Of a stretch of 64,000 nucleotides of DNA, positions 21,768-31,010 are shown piece by piece. Under the pieces are notes generated by a model. That model saw only the letters and a list, made by a program, of their open reading frames with translations, searched no databases and was not told where the DNA came from. The DNA is from Alphaproteobacteria bacterium (GTDB lineage: Bacteria > Pseudomonadota > Alphaproteobacteria > Bin95). The DNA lies in contig CBDBGH010000003.1 of assembly GCA_965205265.1 (NCBI GenBank), positions 3,584,001 to 3,648,000 on the forward strand, read 5' to 3'. Both the position numbers and the translations under genes were made by a program. Each line of letters starts with the position of its first letter. The stretch's first letter is position 1.

Positions 21768-22649
21768 ATGCAGGGTCCTGAGAGCCATTCCTATTTCTCG
21801 CAGCGGCTCAGGCTGCACTATGTCGATTGGGGCAACCCGGGCGCGCCGCCGCTGCTGCTGATCCACGGGGGCCGCGACCATTGCCGCAATTGGGACTGGG
21901 TGGCCGAGGCGCTCCGCGACGACTACCGCATCGTCGCGCCGGACCTGCGCGGCCATGGCGACAGCGCCTGGTTCGTCGGAGGCGCCTATGCGATGGCGGA
22001 CTATGTCTATGACATCGCGCAGCTCGTCCACCAGAAGCGGCTCGCCCCGGTGACCGTCATCGGCCACTCGCTCGGCGGCTCCATCGCGCTCCACTATGCG
22101 GGCGTCTATCCGGAGACGGTGAAGGCGCTGGTCGCCATCGAGGGGCTCGGCCCCTCGCCCGCGCAGATCGAGGCGCGCAAGGACCGGGCCATCGACGACC
22201 GGCTCAGGGAATGGATCGACACGCAGCGCGGCCTCTCCGGCCGGCTGCCGCGCCGCTACCCGACTCTGGAGGACGCCTACCGGCGCATGCAGGAGGCCAA
22301 CCCCCGCCTGACCGAGGCCCAGGCCCGGCATCTCACCGTCCACGGCGCCAACCAGAACGAGGACGGCACCTATAGCTGGAAGTTCGACAATTACAGCCGC
22401 GCGGACCGCCCGGTCGGCATCTATCCGGAGGAGAGCTTCCGGCTCTGGTCCCGGATAAGCTGTCCGACCCTGCTGGTGCGCGGCCTCGAAAGCTGGGTCG
22501 GCGACCCGGAGGAGGACGGCCGCGCCGCGCATTTCGGCAATGCCCGCTTCGTCGATGTCGCCGGCGCCGGCCACTGGGTGCATCACGACCGGCTGGACCA
22601 TTTCCTCGGCCTCGTGCGCGGCTTCCTCGCCGAAGCGGAGGCGCGTTAG
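21768..22649 (+). CDS. Alpha/beta hydrolase
   Basis: HGG, DLRGHGDS, GHSLGG nucleophile elbow, GHWVH; GGAG RBS before ATG 21768. Confidence 0.88.
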   Translation: MQGPESHSYFSQRLRLHYVDWGNPGAPPLLLIHGGRDHCRNWDWVAEALRDDYRIVAPDLRGHGDSAWFVGGAYAMADYVYDIAQLVHQKRLAPVTVIGHSLGGSIALHYAGVYPETVKALVAIEGLGPSPAQIEARKDRAIDDRLREWIDTQRGLSGRLPRRYPTLEDAYRRMQEANPRLTEAQARHLTVHGANQNEDGTYSWKFDNYSRADRPVGIYPEESFRLWSRISCPTLLVRGLESWVGDPEEDGRAAHFGNARFVDVAGAGHWVHHDRLDHFLGLVRGFLAEAEAR

Positions 22650-22673
22650 GGAATCGTGCTATAGCCTGACGGT

Positions 22674-24860
22674 ATGGACGATGCCCTGCCCGCCGCGACC
22701 GCCGACGATCCTCCCTGGCTCGCCGGGCTGAACCCCCCGCAGCGCGAGGCGGTCGAGACGCTGGAAGGGCCGCTTCTCGTGCTCTCCGGCGCCGGCACCG
22801 GCAAGACGCGGGTGCTGACCGCGAGGCTGGCGCTGCTGCTGGCGATGAAGCGCGCCTGGCCCAGCCAGATTCTCGCCGTCACCTTCACCAACCGGGCGGC
22901 GAACGAAATGCGCGAGCGGGTGGAGGCGCTGATCGGCGAGATGAGCGCCGGCCTCTGGCTCGGCACCTTCCACGCGCTCGGCCTGCGCATATTGCGCCGC
23001 CATCCCGAGCTGGCGGGCCTCAGGCCCTCCTTCTCGATCCTCGACCCGGACGACCAGGAACGGCTTCTCAAACAAGTGCTGGCGGACGCGAATGTGGATG
23101 CGAAGCACTGGCCCGCGCGCCAGCTTTCGACCATCGTCCAGCGCTGGAAGGACAAGGGGTGGCGCCCGGAGCAGGTGACGGCCCACGAGGCGGGCAGCTT
23201 CGCCAATGGCCGCGCCCCGGCGCTTTACGAGGCCTATCAGGAACGGCTTGCCGACCTCAACGCCGTCGATTTCGGCGACCTGCTGCTCCACAACCTGACG
23301 ATCTTCCAGCGCGATACGGAGGTGCTGGCGCAATACCAGGAGCGGTTCCGCTACATCCTCGTGGACGAATACCAGGACACCAACATCGCCCAGTATCTCT
23401 GGCTTCGCCTGCTCGCCCAGCGGCGCCGCAATATCTGCTGCGTCGGCGACGACGACCAGTCCATCTACGGCTGGCGCGGGGCGGAGGTCGGCAACATCCT
23501 GCGCTTCGAGAACGACTTCGAGGGCGCGAAGATCGTCCGGCTGGAGCAGAACTACCGCTCGACCGGCGATATTCTGGGAGCCGCCTCGGGGCTGATCGCC
23601 AACAATCGAGGGCGACTCGGCAAGACGCTCTGGACGACCCGCGAGGACTCCCGCCCGATCGCCGTCCACACCGTTCCCGACGGAGAGGCGGAGGCGCGGC
23701 TCGTCGGCGGGGAAATCGAGGCGCTGCAACGCGCCGGCGCCGGCCTCGGACAGATGGCGGTGCTGGTGCGCGCGTCCTTCCAGATGCGCGCCTTCGAGGA
23801 GCGCTTCGTCGCGCTCGGCCTCAACTACCGGGTCATAGGCGGCCCGCGCTTCTATGAGCGCCGCGAGGTGAGAGACGCTATCGCCTATCTGCGCGCCGTG
23901 CTGTTCCCCGAAGACGACCTCGCCTTCGAGCGCATCGTCAACCTGCCGAAACGCGGCATCGGCGACGCCACCCTGCAACCGGTGCGCCGCCTCGCCCGCG
24001 CCGGGCGGCTTCCGTTAGGCGAAGCGGCGCGCCGGCTGGTCGAGACGGAAGAACTGAAGGCCCGCGCGCGCAATGCGCTCGCGGGCTTTTGCCGCGCCAT
24101 CGACGGCTGGCGCGCCCGGCTCGGCAGCGAGCCCCATGCGGACCTCGCGGACGCGATCCTCGAAGAGAGCGGCTACCGGGAGATGTGGCGGAAGGACAAG
24201 GGGCTCGACGCCCCCGGCCGGCTGGAGAATCTGGGCGAACTCGTACAGCAGATCGCCCGGTTCGACACCCTCGAGGAGTTTCTGGAGCATGTCGCCCTGG
24301 TGATGGAGGCCGAAGGCGGCAGCGAGGCGGAAAGCATCTCCCTGATGACGCTTCACGGCGCCAAGGGGCTCGAATTCGACATCGTGTTCCTGCCGGGCTG
24401 GGAGGAGGGCCTGTTCCCCCACCAGCGCGCCCTTGCAGAGAACGGGCTTGCCGGGCTGGAGGAGGAACGCCGCCTCGCCTATGTCGGCATCACCCGCGCG
24501 CGCCGCCATGTCACCGTCTCGTCCGCCATGAGCCGCATGGTCATGGGACGATGGCTCAGTCCGCTGCCGTCCCGCTTCATCGACGAGCTGCCGGACGAGC
24601 ATGTGGAGCGCCAGCTGGAGAATGCGTTCGGCGAGGCTCCCGCGTGGCGCTATGGCGCGGGTAGCGGGCAGGTGATCGACGCCCCGGCCTGGGAAGTGAA
24701 GGAGCGTGCTGACCGCATCGGCCAATTCGAGGTCGGCCAGCGCGTGTTCCACGAGAAATTCGGCTATGGAGCTGTACGCGCCACCGACCGGGAAAAGCTC
24801 ACTGTCGCCTTCGAAACCGGCGACAAGAAAGTGATCGGCAGCTTCGTCAGGCCCGTCTGA
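22674..24860 (+). CDS. uvrD: UvrD/PcrA superfamily 1 DNA helicase
   Basis: GAGTGKT, TFTNRAA, DEYQDTN, VGDDDQSIY, QNYRS, TLHGAKGLEF, EERRLAYVGITRA. Confidence 0.95.
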   Translation: MDDALPAATADDPPWLAGLNPPQREAVETLEGPLLVLSGAGTGKTRVLTARLALLLAMKRAWPSQILAVTFTNRAANEMRERVEALIGEMSAGLWLGTFHALGLRILRRHPELAGLRPSFSILDPDDQERLLKQVLADANVDAKHWPARQLSTIVQRWKDKGWRPEQVTAHEAGSFANGRAPALYEAYQERLADLNAVDFGDLLLHNLTIFQRDTEVLAQYQERFRYILVDEYQDTNIAQYLWLRLLAQRRRNICCVGDDDQSIYGWRGAEVGNILRFENDFEGAKIVRLEQNYRSTGDILGAASGLIANNRGRLGKTLWTTREDSRPIAVHTVPDGEAEARLVGGEIEALQRAGAGLGQMAVLVRASFQMRAFEERFVALGLNYRVIGGPRFYERREVRDAIAYLRAVLFPEDDLAFERIVNLPKRGIGDATLQPVRRLARAGRLPLGEAARRLVETEELKARARNALAGFCRAIDGWRARLGSEPHADLADAILEESGYREMWRKDKGLDAPGRLENLGELVQQIARFDTLEEFLEHVALVMEAEGGSEAESISLMTLHGAKGLEFDIVFLPGWEEGLFPHQRALAENGLAGLEEERRLAYVGITRARRHVTVSSAMSRMVMGRWLSPLPSRFIDELPDEHVERQLENAFGEAPAWRYGAGSGQVIDAPAWEVKERADRIGQFEVGQRVFHEKFGYGAVRATDREKLTVAFETGDKKVIGSFVRPV

Positions 24861-24878
24861 GTGAGGACAACACCGCCC

Positions 24879-25664
24879 ATGACCCAATCGCCCGTTCTGG
24901 AACGCCGCGAAGGCGCGGTCGCCGTGGTGACCCTGAACCGCCCGGAGGCGCTGAACGCGCTCAACATCGAAATGCGGGACCTGCTGCCGCGCGTGCTGAA
25001 CGGCCTGAACGGCGACGAGGCGGCGCGCGCGGTCGTGCTGACCGGGGCGGGCGAGCGCGCCTTCTCCGCCGGGCAGGACCTGAACGACTCGGCGGGCTTC
25101 GACGAAAAGACCGTGCAGGAGCATTTCCTGCATCTGGGCGCGCTCTACCAGTCCGTGCGCGCGCTGGAGAAGCCCGTCGTCGTGGCGCTGAACGGGCTCG
25201 CTGCCGGCTTCGGCCTGCAGACCGCGCTGCATGCCGATATCCGCATCGCGCATGCAGGCGTGCGCATGGGCCAGCCGGAGGTGCGCGCCGGCATTCCGAG
25301 CACGGTCGGCCCCTTCATCATCGAGCGCGCGGTCGGCCATGCCCGCGCGGTGGAGCTTTCGCTCACCGGCAGGCTGCTGGATGCCGAAACCTGCCTCGCC
25401 TGGGGCATGGTCAACGAGATCGTGCCGCGCGAGCGCGTGATGGAGCGGGCGATGGAGCTTGCCGGGGAACTGGCCGCCCTGCCGCCGCTTGCCGTTCGCC
25501 TCACCAAGCGCCGCCTGCTGGAGCGCACCCAGGCGGAATACGATGAGACCGTCCAGGCCGCGATGCGCTACCAGCAGGCCGCCTATCTGGACGGCGAACC
25601 GCAGCGCGTCGCCGCCGCCTTCTTCGCAGAGCGGGCGGCGCGGCGCAGCAGGGAGACGGCGTGA
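24879..25664 (+). CDS. Enoyl-CoA hydratase/isomerase family protein
   Basis: LNRPEALNAL, FSAGQDL, KPVVVALNG, PEVRAG. Confidence 0.88.
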   Translation: MTQSPVLERREGAVAVVTLNRPEALNALNIEMRDLLPRVLNGLNGDEAARAVVLTGAGERAFSAGQDLNDSAGFDEKTVQEHFLHLGALYQSVRALEKPVVVALNGLAAGFGLQTALHADIRIAHAGVRMGQPEVRAGIPSTVGPFIIERAVGHARAVELSLTGRLLDAETCLAWGMVNEIVPRERVMERAMELAGELAALPPLAVRLTKRRLLERTQAEYDETVQAAMRYQQAAYLDGEPQRVAAAFFAERAARRSRETA

Positions 25665-26479
25665 TGGGAACGGGACGGGTCGGGACGGTCGAGCGGGACG
25701 GGGCGCGGACCGTCTATGAGGTCCACGGCGGTGCGGGAGCACCGGCGCTCCTCTTCGGCCATGCCCAGATCCTCTCCCGCGCCCAGTATGCGCCGCAGGT
25801 CGAGGCATTCGCCGACCGCTACCGCGTGATCGCGCTGGATTTCCGGGGCCACGGCGAGAGCCCCGTCAGCCCCGCGCCCTACCGCATGGAGGACCTGGCG
25901 CAGGATGCGGTTGCGGTTCTGGACGCGGAGGGCGTCGAGCACGCGCACTATCTCGGCTCCTCGCTCGGCGGCATGGTCGGCTTCGCGCTCGCGCTGGAGC
26001 ACGCCCCCCGCCTTGCCAGCGTGACATTCCTTGCCACCCAGGGCGTGCTGCCAGCGGCCAATGGCGAGCGGATTCGCCGGACGGCCGCCCGCCTCGCGGC
26101 CCTCGGCGACAGCATGGCGCCGGCGGCGCAAGAGATCATGGCGCGCTATACGACCGAAGCCTGGCGCGCGGAAAACCCGGAGAGCCACGCCCGCCTGATC
26201 GGGATCGCGTCCGCCAACCCTCTGGCGGGCTACGAGCATTCCGGCGGCGCCATCACGGCCATGGACTATGACGGCCGGCTCGGCGGGATCGACACGCCCG
26301 CCCTGGTCGTCGCCGGCGAACATGACATGCCGACCCCGCCGGAGCGGATGGCGCTCTACCGCGACAAGATCCGGGGCGCGGAAATGGCGGTGATCGAGGG
26401 TGCCGCCCATTTCCCCAACTGGGACCGGGCCGAGGCGTTCAACCGCGTCTATGGAGACTTCCTCGCCCGCTTGGCCTGA
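25661..26479 (+). CDS. Alpha/beta hydrolase (PcaD-like)
   Basis: DFRGHGES, GSSLGG, GEHD, AAHFPN. Confidence 0.85.
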   Translation: MMGTGRVGTVERDGARTVYEVHGGAGAPALLFGHAQILSRAQYAPQVEAFADRYRVIALDFRGHGESPVSPAPYRMEDLAQDAVAVLDAEGVEHAHYLGSSLGGMVGFALALEHAPRLASVTFLATQGVLPAANGERIRRTAARLAALGDSMAPAAQEIMARYTTEAWRAENPESHARLIGIASANPLAGYEHSGGAITAMDYDGRLGGIDTPALVVAGEHDMPTPPERMALYRDKIRGAEMAVIEGAAHFPNWDRAEAFNRVYGDFLARLA

Positions 26480-26590
26480 CGGCCTCCCCTCCCTGAGGGC
26501 TACCGGATTCGCACATCTCCGGCGACCTCGAATCGCATGGCCCCCTGGTCCCCCCGCCATCTTTTATGAGCCGCAGCCCGGCACCGCTGG

Positions 26591-26681
26591 CCCCGGCGTC
26601 CAGCAAGGCTTCCGCCAATTCCGCATGGCCCTTGCGCGCCGCGCCGTGCAGCGGGGTCCGGCCGTGCTTGTTCCGGGCATC
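26591..26681 (-). pseudogene. Single ankyrin-repeat fragment truncated at a REP
   Basis: DARNKHGRTPLHGAARKGHAELAEALLDAGA matches the ankyrin consensus G-TPLH-AA--G-----LL--GA; no intact gene around it. Confidence 0.7.
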
Positions 26682-26854
26682 TCCCACCGAGCGGCCGGAT
26701 GGATACCCGGACTTGTTCCATTGCTGTCCGGTTCAGCCATTGGGTGAGGCTGAACGGGAGTCCGCCGGGGGTTTCGGGGGCGCGCGGCGTCTGCGATCCG
26801 CCCCTTGCCCGTGAGGCTCGAACGCCCCCTTCGACAGGCTCAGGGCAGGCTCTT

Positions 26855-26943
26855 CCGTCATGCCCGGACTTGTTCCGGGTATCCATACGGCCGCCCGGCG
26901 GAGCCGCTTGAGAGAGATACCCGGAACAAGTCCGGGTATGACG
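26855..26943. repeat. REP doublet (REPIN-like), CGTCAT family
   Basis: CCGTCATGCCCGGACTTGTTCCGGGTATC followed by an inverted copy GATACCCGGAACAAGTCCGGGTATGACG. Confidence 0.85.
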
Positions 26944-27182
26944 ATATGGGGGTCGGGCATGACGACTTGGGGGCCGGGCCGCCGGGCGTCGATCCGGGTC
27001 CCGATCCCGCCGAACCCCTCGAAACCCGGTTGAATCCAGGCCATGCGCCCTGCCCGCAAATCCTGAACCGGACAGCCATCGGGGGGAGCCGAACGGGGTG
27101 TCGGGAGCGCACCGCGTCTGCGATCCGCCCCTTGCCCGTGAGGCTCGAACGCCCTCCTTCGACAAGCTCAGGACAGGCTTCT

Positions 27183-27271
27183 CCGTCATACCCGGACTTG
27201 TTCCGGGTATCCACACGGCCGCCCGGCTGAGCCGCTTGAGAGAGATACCCGGAACAAGTCCGGGTATGACG
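27183..27271. repeat. REP doublet
   Basis: Same inverted pair as 26855-26943. Confidence 0.85.
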
Positions 27272-27597
27272 ATATGGGGCGGGTATGACGATGTGAGGGT
27301 CGGGACGCCGGGCGTCGATCCGGGTCCCGATCCCGCCGAACCCCTCGAAACCCGATTGAATCCAAGCCATGCGCCCTGCCCGCAAATCCTGAACCGGACA
27401 GCAATGGAACAAGTCCGGGTATGACGAAAGAGCTTGCCCTGAGCCTGCCGAAGGGGGGCGTTCGGACATGACGGGGGTGTTCATGCATGACAAATCCGAA
27501 AGCGATTGCCCTGCCGCAAAAGCCTCGGCCAACACGCTTTCCGATCCTGCAAATATGAAATATTCCCGATAATTTCGATTTCGTTCTTTTTCATGAC

Positions 27598-27624
27598 TTG
27601 ACATCTGGCGAATTGTGGTATGAT
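27598..27624 (+). promoter_or_regulatory. Sigma70-like promoter with extended -10
   Basis: TTGACA-15 bp-TATGAT with TGn before the -10 and an AT-rich upstream tract; conserved in copy 2. The spacer is shorter than the canonical 17 bp. Confidence 0.55.
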
Positions 27625-27630
27625 GGTCCC

Positions 27631-27830
27631 CAGGGAAGCGGACTCCGGAGCCGCTTCCCCGGTGCTGCGCGGCCGAGCGGCGCCACTTTCTGAAAACCCG
27701 TGAGAAGCCGACGGGAGACGTGCGTCCTCTGCCTCGCGCGCGCAATCAGGCGCGCGAACCGCGCCGCCGCGAAACGCGCGCCGGCGCGCGCAGGGGCACC
27801 CGCGCAGGATACGCGCGAAACAGGGACCCG
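27631..27830 (+). ncRNA. Putative structured non-coding RNA, unknown family, copy 1
   Basis: Consecutive hairpins directly after the promoter; differences from copy 2 in hairpin 2 keep pairing through G-U wobbles. Confidence 0.45.
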
Positions 27831-28012
27831 CTCCCCGTCGGGAAAGGAGAGACGATGACCGCAACCGACCCCCGACCCGAACTGGCGGCAATGCTGGCCG
27901 AAAGGCCGGCGCCGGCAGATGGCAGAGCACGCTCCGTCCGGGTTGAAACGGCAGGTCGGGAGCCTGCTCCCTCCCGCTGGGCGGGAGAGAAGGTCGAAGG
28001 GTGGACGGCTTC

Positions 28013-28060
28013 ATGCCCGAACCGGCTACAGCATATGAACCCCGCGCATGCAAAACATGA
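28013..28060 (+). CDS. Putative 15-aa micropeptide MPEPATAYEPRACKT
   Basis: Homologous frame in two more copies (35854-35901, 35647-35694) with synonymous Pro codon changes; weak RBS. Confidence 0.3.
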   Translation: MPEPATAYEPRACKT

Positions 28061-28173
28061 CATCTCAGGACATTTCGGAAGGAGGACTGCCCGCCGGCAA
28101 GGGCCGCGGTCGTTGACAGGGGCGCGGCGGGCTGCCATCGAGCGGGGGCAATAAGGGGCGGAGGAACGAACCC

Positions 28174-28974
28174 ATGCAGGACGGCGATCTCTACGAGATT
28201 TACGCAGTCAAATACGGCGAGGTGGCCGACCGCGCGATGAGCGAGAACATGATCGGCGGCGACCCGCACGACATGTCGGGCCAGCTCGACTTCTATGTCT
28301 GGGCCGTTGTCGGGCGCTCCCGGACCTTCATCGTCGATACCGGCTTCAACCACGAGACGGCGGCGCTCCGGAACCGGAAGCTGCAGCGCCTGCCGAAGGA
28401 GGGCCTCGCCCTTGTCGGCGTCGATGCGGGCGCGGTGCGCGACGTGATCGTGACCCATATGCATTACGACCATGCCGGCACGCTCTCGGACTTCCCCAAT
28501 GCCCGCTTCCACCTCCAGGAGCAGGAGATGGAATACGCCACCGGGCGCTGCATGTGCCATGAGGTGATAAAGGCGCCCTACTATGTCGAGGACGTCTGCA
28601 CCATGGTGCGCAAGGTCTATGCGGGCGAGGTAACCTTCCATGACGGCGACGCCCAACTCGCGCCCGGCGTGTCGGTGCATCATATCGGCGGCCACGCCAA
28701 GGGCCTGATGAGCGTGCGTGTCGAGACCCGGCGCGGGCCGGTGGTGCTGGCCTCGGACTCCGCGCATTTCTACGCCAATCTGGAGCAGCGCCGGCCGTTC
28801 CCGATCGTCTATAACGTCGCCGACCTGCTGGCCGGCTTCGACCGGCTGGAGGCGCTGGCGGGCGCGCCGGACCGGGTGGTGCCGGGCCATGACCCGCGCG
28901 TGCTCCACCGCTACCCGGCCGCCTCCGAGGAGCTCCGGGGCATCGCGGCGCGCCTCGACGCGGACCCCGCCTGA
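28174..28974 (+). CDS. Metallo-beta-lactamase fold protein, N-acyl homoserine lactonase family
   Basis: VDTG, THMHYDHAG (HxHxDH), GGHAKG, LASD, PGHD; GAGG RBS. Confidence 0.85.
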   Translation: MQDGDLYEIYAVKYGEVADRAMSENMIGGDPHDMSGQLDFYVWAVVGRSRTFIVDTGFNHETAALRNRKLQRLPKEGLALVGVDAGAVRDVIVTHMHYDHAGTLSDFPNARFHLQEQEMEYATGRCMCHEVIKAPYYVEDVCTMVRKVYAGEVTFHDGDAQLAPGVSVHHIGGHAKGLMSVRVETRRGPVVLASDSAHFYANLEQRRPFPIVYNVADLLAGFDRLEALAGAPDRVVPGHDPRVLHRYPAASEELRGIAARLDADPA

Positions 28975-28977
28975 GCC

Positions 28978-29988
28978 TTGCGCCTCGGTATTCTGGACCA
29001 GTCGATTGCGGCGGAAGGCCGGCCGCAGGGCGAGGCGATCCGCAACACGGTCGCGCTCGCCGAGCTTTGCGAGCGGCTCGGCTATGACCGCTTCTGGGTC
29101 TCGGAGCACCACAACCACCCGACCATCGTCGGGACGGCGCCGGAAATCCTGGTCGCCGGCATGGCGGCCCGGACCTCGCGCATCCGCATCGGCAGCGCCG
29201 GCGTCATGCTGCCGCATTACGCGCCTTTCAAGGTCGCGGAGCAGTTCCGGGTGCTGGATGCGCTGGCGCCGGGGCGCATCGATCTCGGGCTCGGCCGCGC
29301 GCCGGGATCGGACGGGCTGACGGCCTTCGCCCTCAATCCGCGCGCCAATGAGCGCCCGGCGGAATTTCCCGCCGATATCCGCGACCTGCAGGCCTGGCTC
29401 AAGGCCGAGCCGCTGCCGGAGGGCCACCCGTTCGCCCGGCTCGGCGCCTTTCCGCAGGGCGATACCGTGCCGCAGATCTGGATGCTGGGTTCGTCCAATT
29501 ACGGCGCGCAGGTGGCGGCATGGTTCGGCCTGCCCTACGCCTTCGCCTGGTTCTTCACCGACGGGCGCGGGGCAAGGGAAGCGCTCGGCCTCTACCGCGA
29601 GCACTACCGCCCGAGCGCGGACTGGCCGGAGCCGCATTCGGCCATCTGCGTCTGGGCGCTGGCGGCCGACAGCGAGGAGGAAGCCGGGTTCCACTTCGGC
29701 CCGCGCCTGCGCTGGCGGCTCGGGCGCGACCGGGGCATGTTCCTGCCGCTGGAGTCTGCCGAGAAGGCGGCTGCCTACGAATACAGCGACGGCGAATCGG
29801 CCCGGCTCGCCCGTTTCCGCGAGCAGGCCATCGTCGGCCGGGCGGAGCATGTAGTCGAGCGCATCAGGGCGATCGGCGAGGAACTCGGCGTGGACGAGAT
29901 CGCCATCGTCACCTGGACGCATGACGAAACCGTCCGTCGGCGGAGCTACGAACTCATCGCCCGCGCCTGGGGCCTCGCTCCCGGCTAA
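28978..29988 (+). CDS. LLM-class flavin-dependent oxidoreductase
   Basis: RFWVSEHH, RIGSAGVMLPHY, PGRIDLGLGRAPG. Confidence 0.92.
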   Translation: MRLGILDQSIAAEGRPQGEAIRNTVALAELCERLGYDRFWVSEHHNHPTIVGTAPEILVAGMAARTSRIRIGSAGVMLPHYAPFKVAEQFRVLDALAPGRIDLGLGRAPGSDGLTAFALNPRANERPAEFPADIRDLQAWLKAEPLPEGHPFARLGAFPQGDTVPQIWMLGSSNYGAQVAAWFGLPYAFAWFFTDGRGAREALGLYREHYRPSADWPEPHSAICVWALAADSEEEAGFHFGPRLRWRLGRDRGMFLPLESAEKAAAYEYSDGESARLARFREQAIVGRAEHVVERIRAIGEELGVDEIAIVTWTHDETVRRRSYELIARAWGLAPG

Positions 29989-30956
29989 CCCGCCGCGCGC
30001 CGGGCGAGGTTCAGCAGGTCCGCGAGGTCGAGAATGCGCGCAACCCAGGGCTCGCGCGGGTTGAAGCCGGGGCCGGCCTCGCCGAGCAGGCGGGCTTCGA
30101 GCGCGTCCAGCAGCCGGGAGAGCCGGCGGTCATGCAGGCCGAGATGCGCCTGGACCGGGTCGGCCGCCACGCCGGCGAAGGCGGTCAGCATGGCCGGCAG
30201 GAGGACCAGCGCGCCGGTGAGGCCGGCGATGGCGGCGGTCGAGGCCTTGGCGGGGAAGAGGCCGTACCAGAGGCCGCCGGCGGTCGCGCCGAGCGGGAAG
30301 CCCGCAATCGCGGCCTGCTGCGCCAGCGCCTGCGCGGCGACGGGGCCGAGCGAGAGCGCGCCCGGCGTCCATTGCCGGAAGGCGGCGGCGCCGATGCCGG
30401 CGGCGGCGAGCGAGGCGGCCAGTTCGGCGACCGCCACGCGCGCCTCGCCGTAACTCGCCGCCGCCCGCTCCGCCCAGGCCCGGAAGCCCGGCTCGGCGGC
30501 GGCGGCGGAAAGCCGGTCCAGAAGGGCGCCCACTGCCGGGTCGCGCGCAAGCTCTTCCGCAAGCGCATCGCGCTCCGAGCGGCGTCCGGGCTGCGCATAG
30601 GGCAATTCCAGCAGTTCGGTGAACAGCCGCCATTCGATTTCGCGCGCGACATCGGTGACGAAGACCTTCCGTCCCCGGCGCAGCCCGGTGGCGGCGCCCT
30701 CGTAGCCGCCGCGCTCGGCCAGCCGGGCGGCGCCCTCCAGGGCCAGATTGGGGCCGGCCAGCGCCAGATTGGCGGGCGCGCGCAGCAGGTCCCGCCCGAC
30801 CGCCCGGCGGTGGAGTTCGAGCGTCCCCTTCAGGCGGAAGTTACGCCGCACGAAATCCGGCGCCATCTCCCGGCGGCGCCGGATATAGCGCAGGACCGCC
30901 CGGCGCACCGCCGCATCGGCCTCCTCCGGCCCGAGATGTGGCGCGACATCGCCCAT
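29985..30956 (-). CDS. Conserved hypothetical membrane protein (DUF6635-like)
   Basis: Good codon usage; G.DLLRAPANL and DPVQAHLGLH.RRL motifs. Confidence 0.65.
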   Translation of the reverse strand: MGDVAPHLGPEEADAAVRRAVLRYIRRRREMAPDFVRRNFRLKGTLELHRRAVGRDLLRAPANLALAGPNLALEGAARLAERGGYEGAATGLRRGRKVFVTDVAREIEWRLFTELLELPYAQPGRRSERDALAEELARDPAVGALLDRLSAAAAEPGFRAWAERAAASYGEARVAVAELAASLAAAGIGAAAFRQWTPGALSLGPVAAQALAQQAAIAGFPLGATAGGLWYGLFPAKASTAAIAGLTGALVLLPAMLTAFAGVAADPVQAHLGLHDRRLSRLLDALEARLLGEAGPGFNPREPWVARILDLADLLNLARRAAG

Positions 30957-31010
30957 CCGGGGAATATGGGGTGCGGCCGCGGCCGGCGCGAGGGGCCGGC
31001 CCGCCGCCGC

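Larger units (their letters stand above)
26719..27406. mobile_element. MITE (CAT-ended TIRs) with an internal tandem duplication, inserted in a REP
   Basis: TIRs CATTGCTGTCCGGTTCAG / CTGAACCGGACAGCAATG; two ~330-bp internal units; homologous single unit at 36503-36863; no transposase. Confidence 0.72.
27486..27830 (+). repeat. Repeated promoter plus structured-leader module, copy 1
   Basis: Collinear and highly similar to the reverse complement of 36074-36420. Confidence 0.85.

Noticed and set aside
26700-27480. CRISPR array
   Set aside because: Repeats occur as inverted pairs with conserved rather than unique spacers, and there are no cas genes; they are REP doublets inside MITEs.
26400-27745. 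Protein-coding ORFs across the repeat clusters (also 35397-36913)
   Set aside because: They are translations of REP/MITE DNA (VIPGLVPGI, MDTRNKSG, PFDKLR) in all frames, with no coding signature.
27631-27830. tRNA, tmRNA, 6S, SRP or group II intron fragment
   Set aside because: No T-loop GTTCGA/CCA, no SRP or 6S signature and no domain V AGC...GNRA hairpin recognisable by eye; needs cmscan.
27855-28154. 99-aa ORF MTATDPRPEL with AAAGGAGA RBS
   Set aside because: Good RBS, but the frame is not conserved in the second module copy and the composition is low-complexity; left uncalled.
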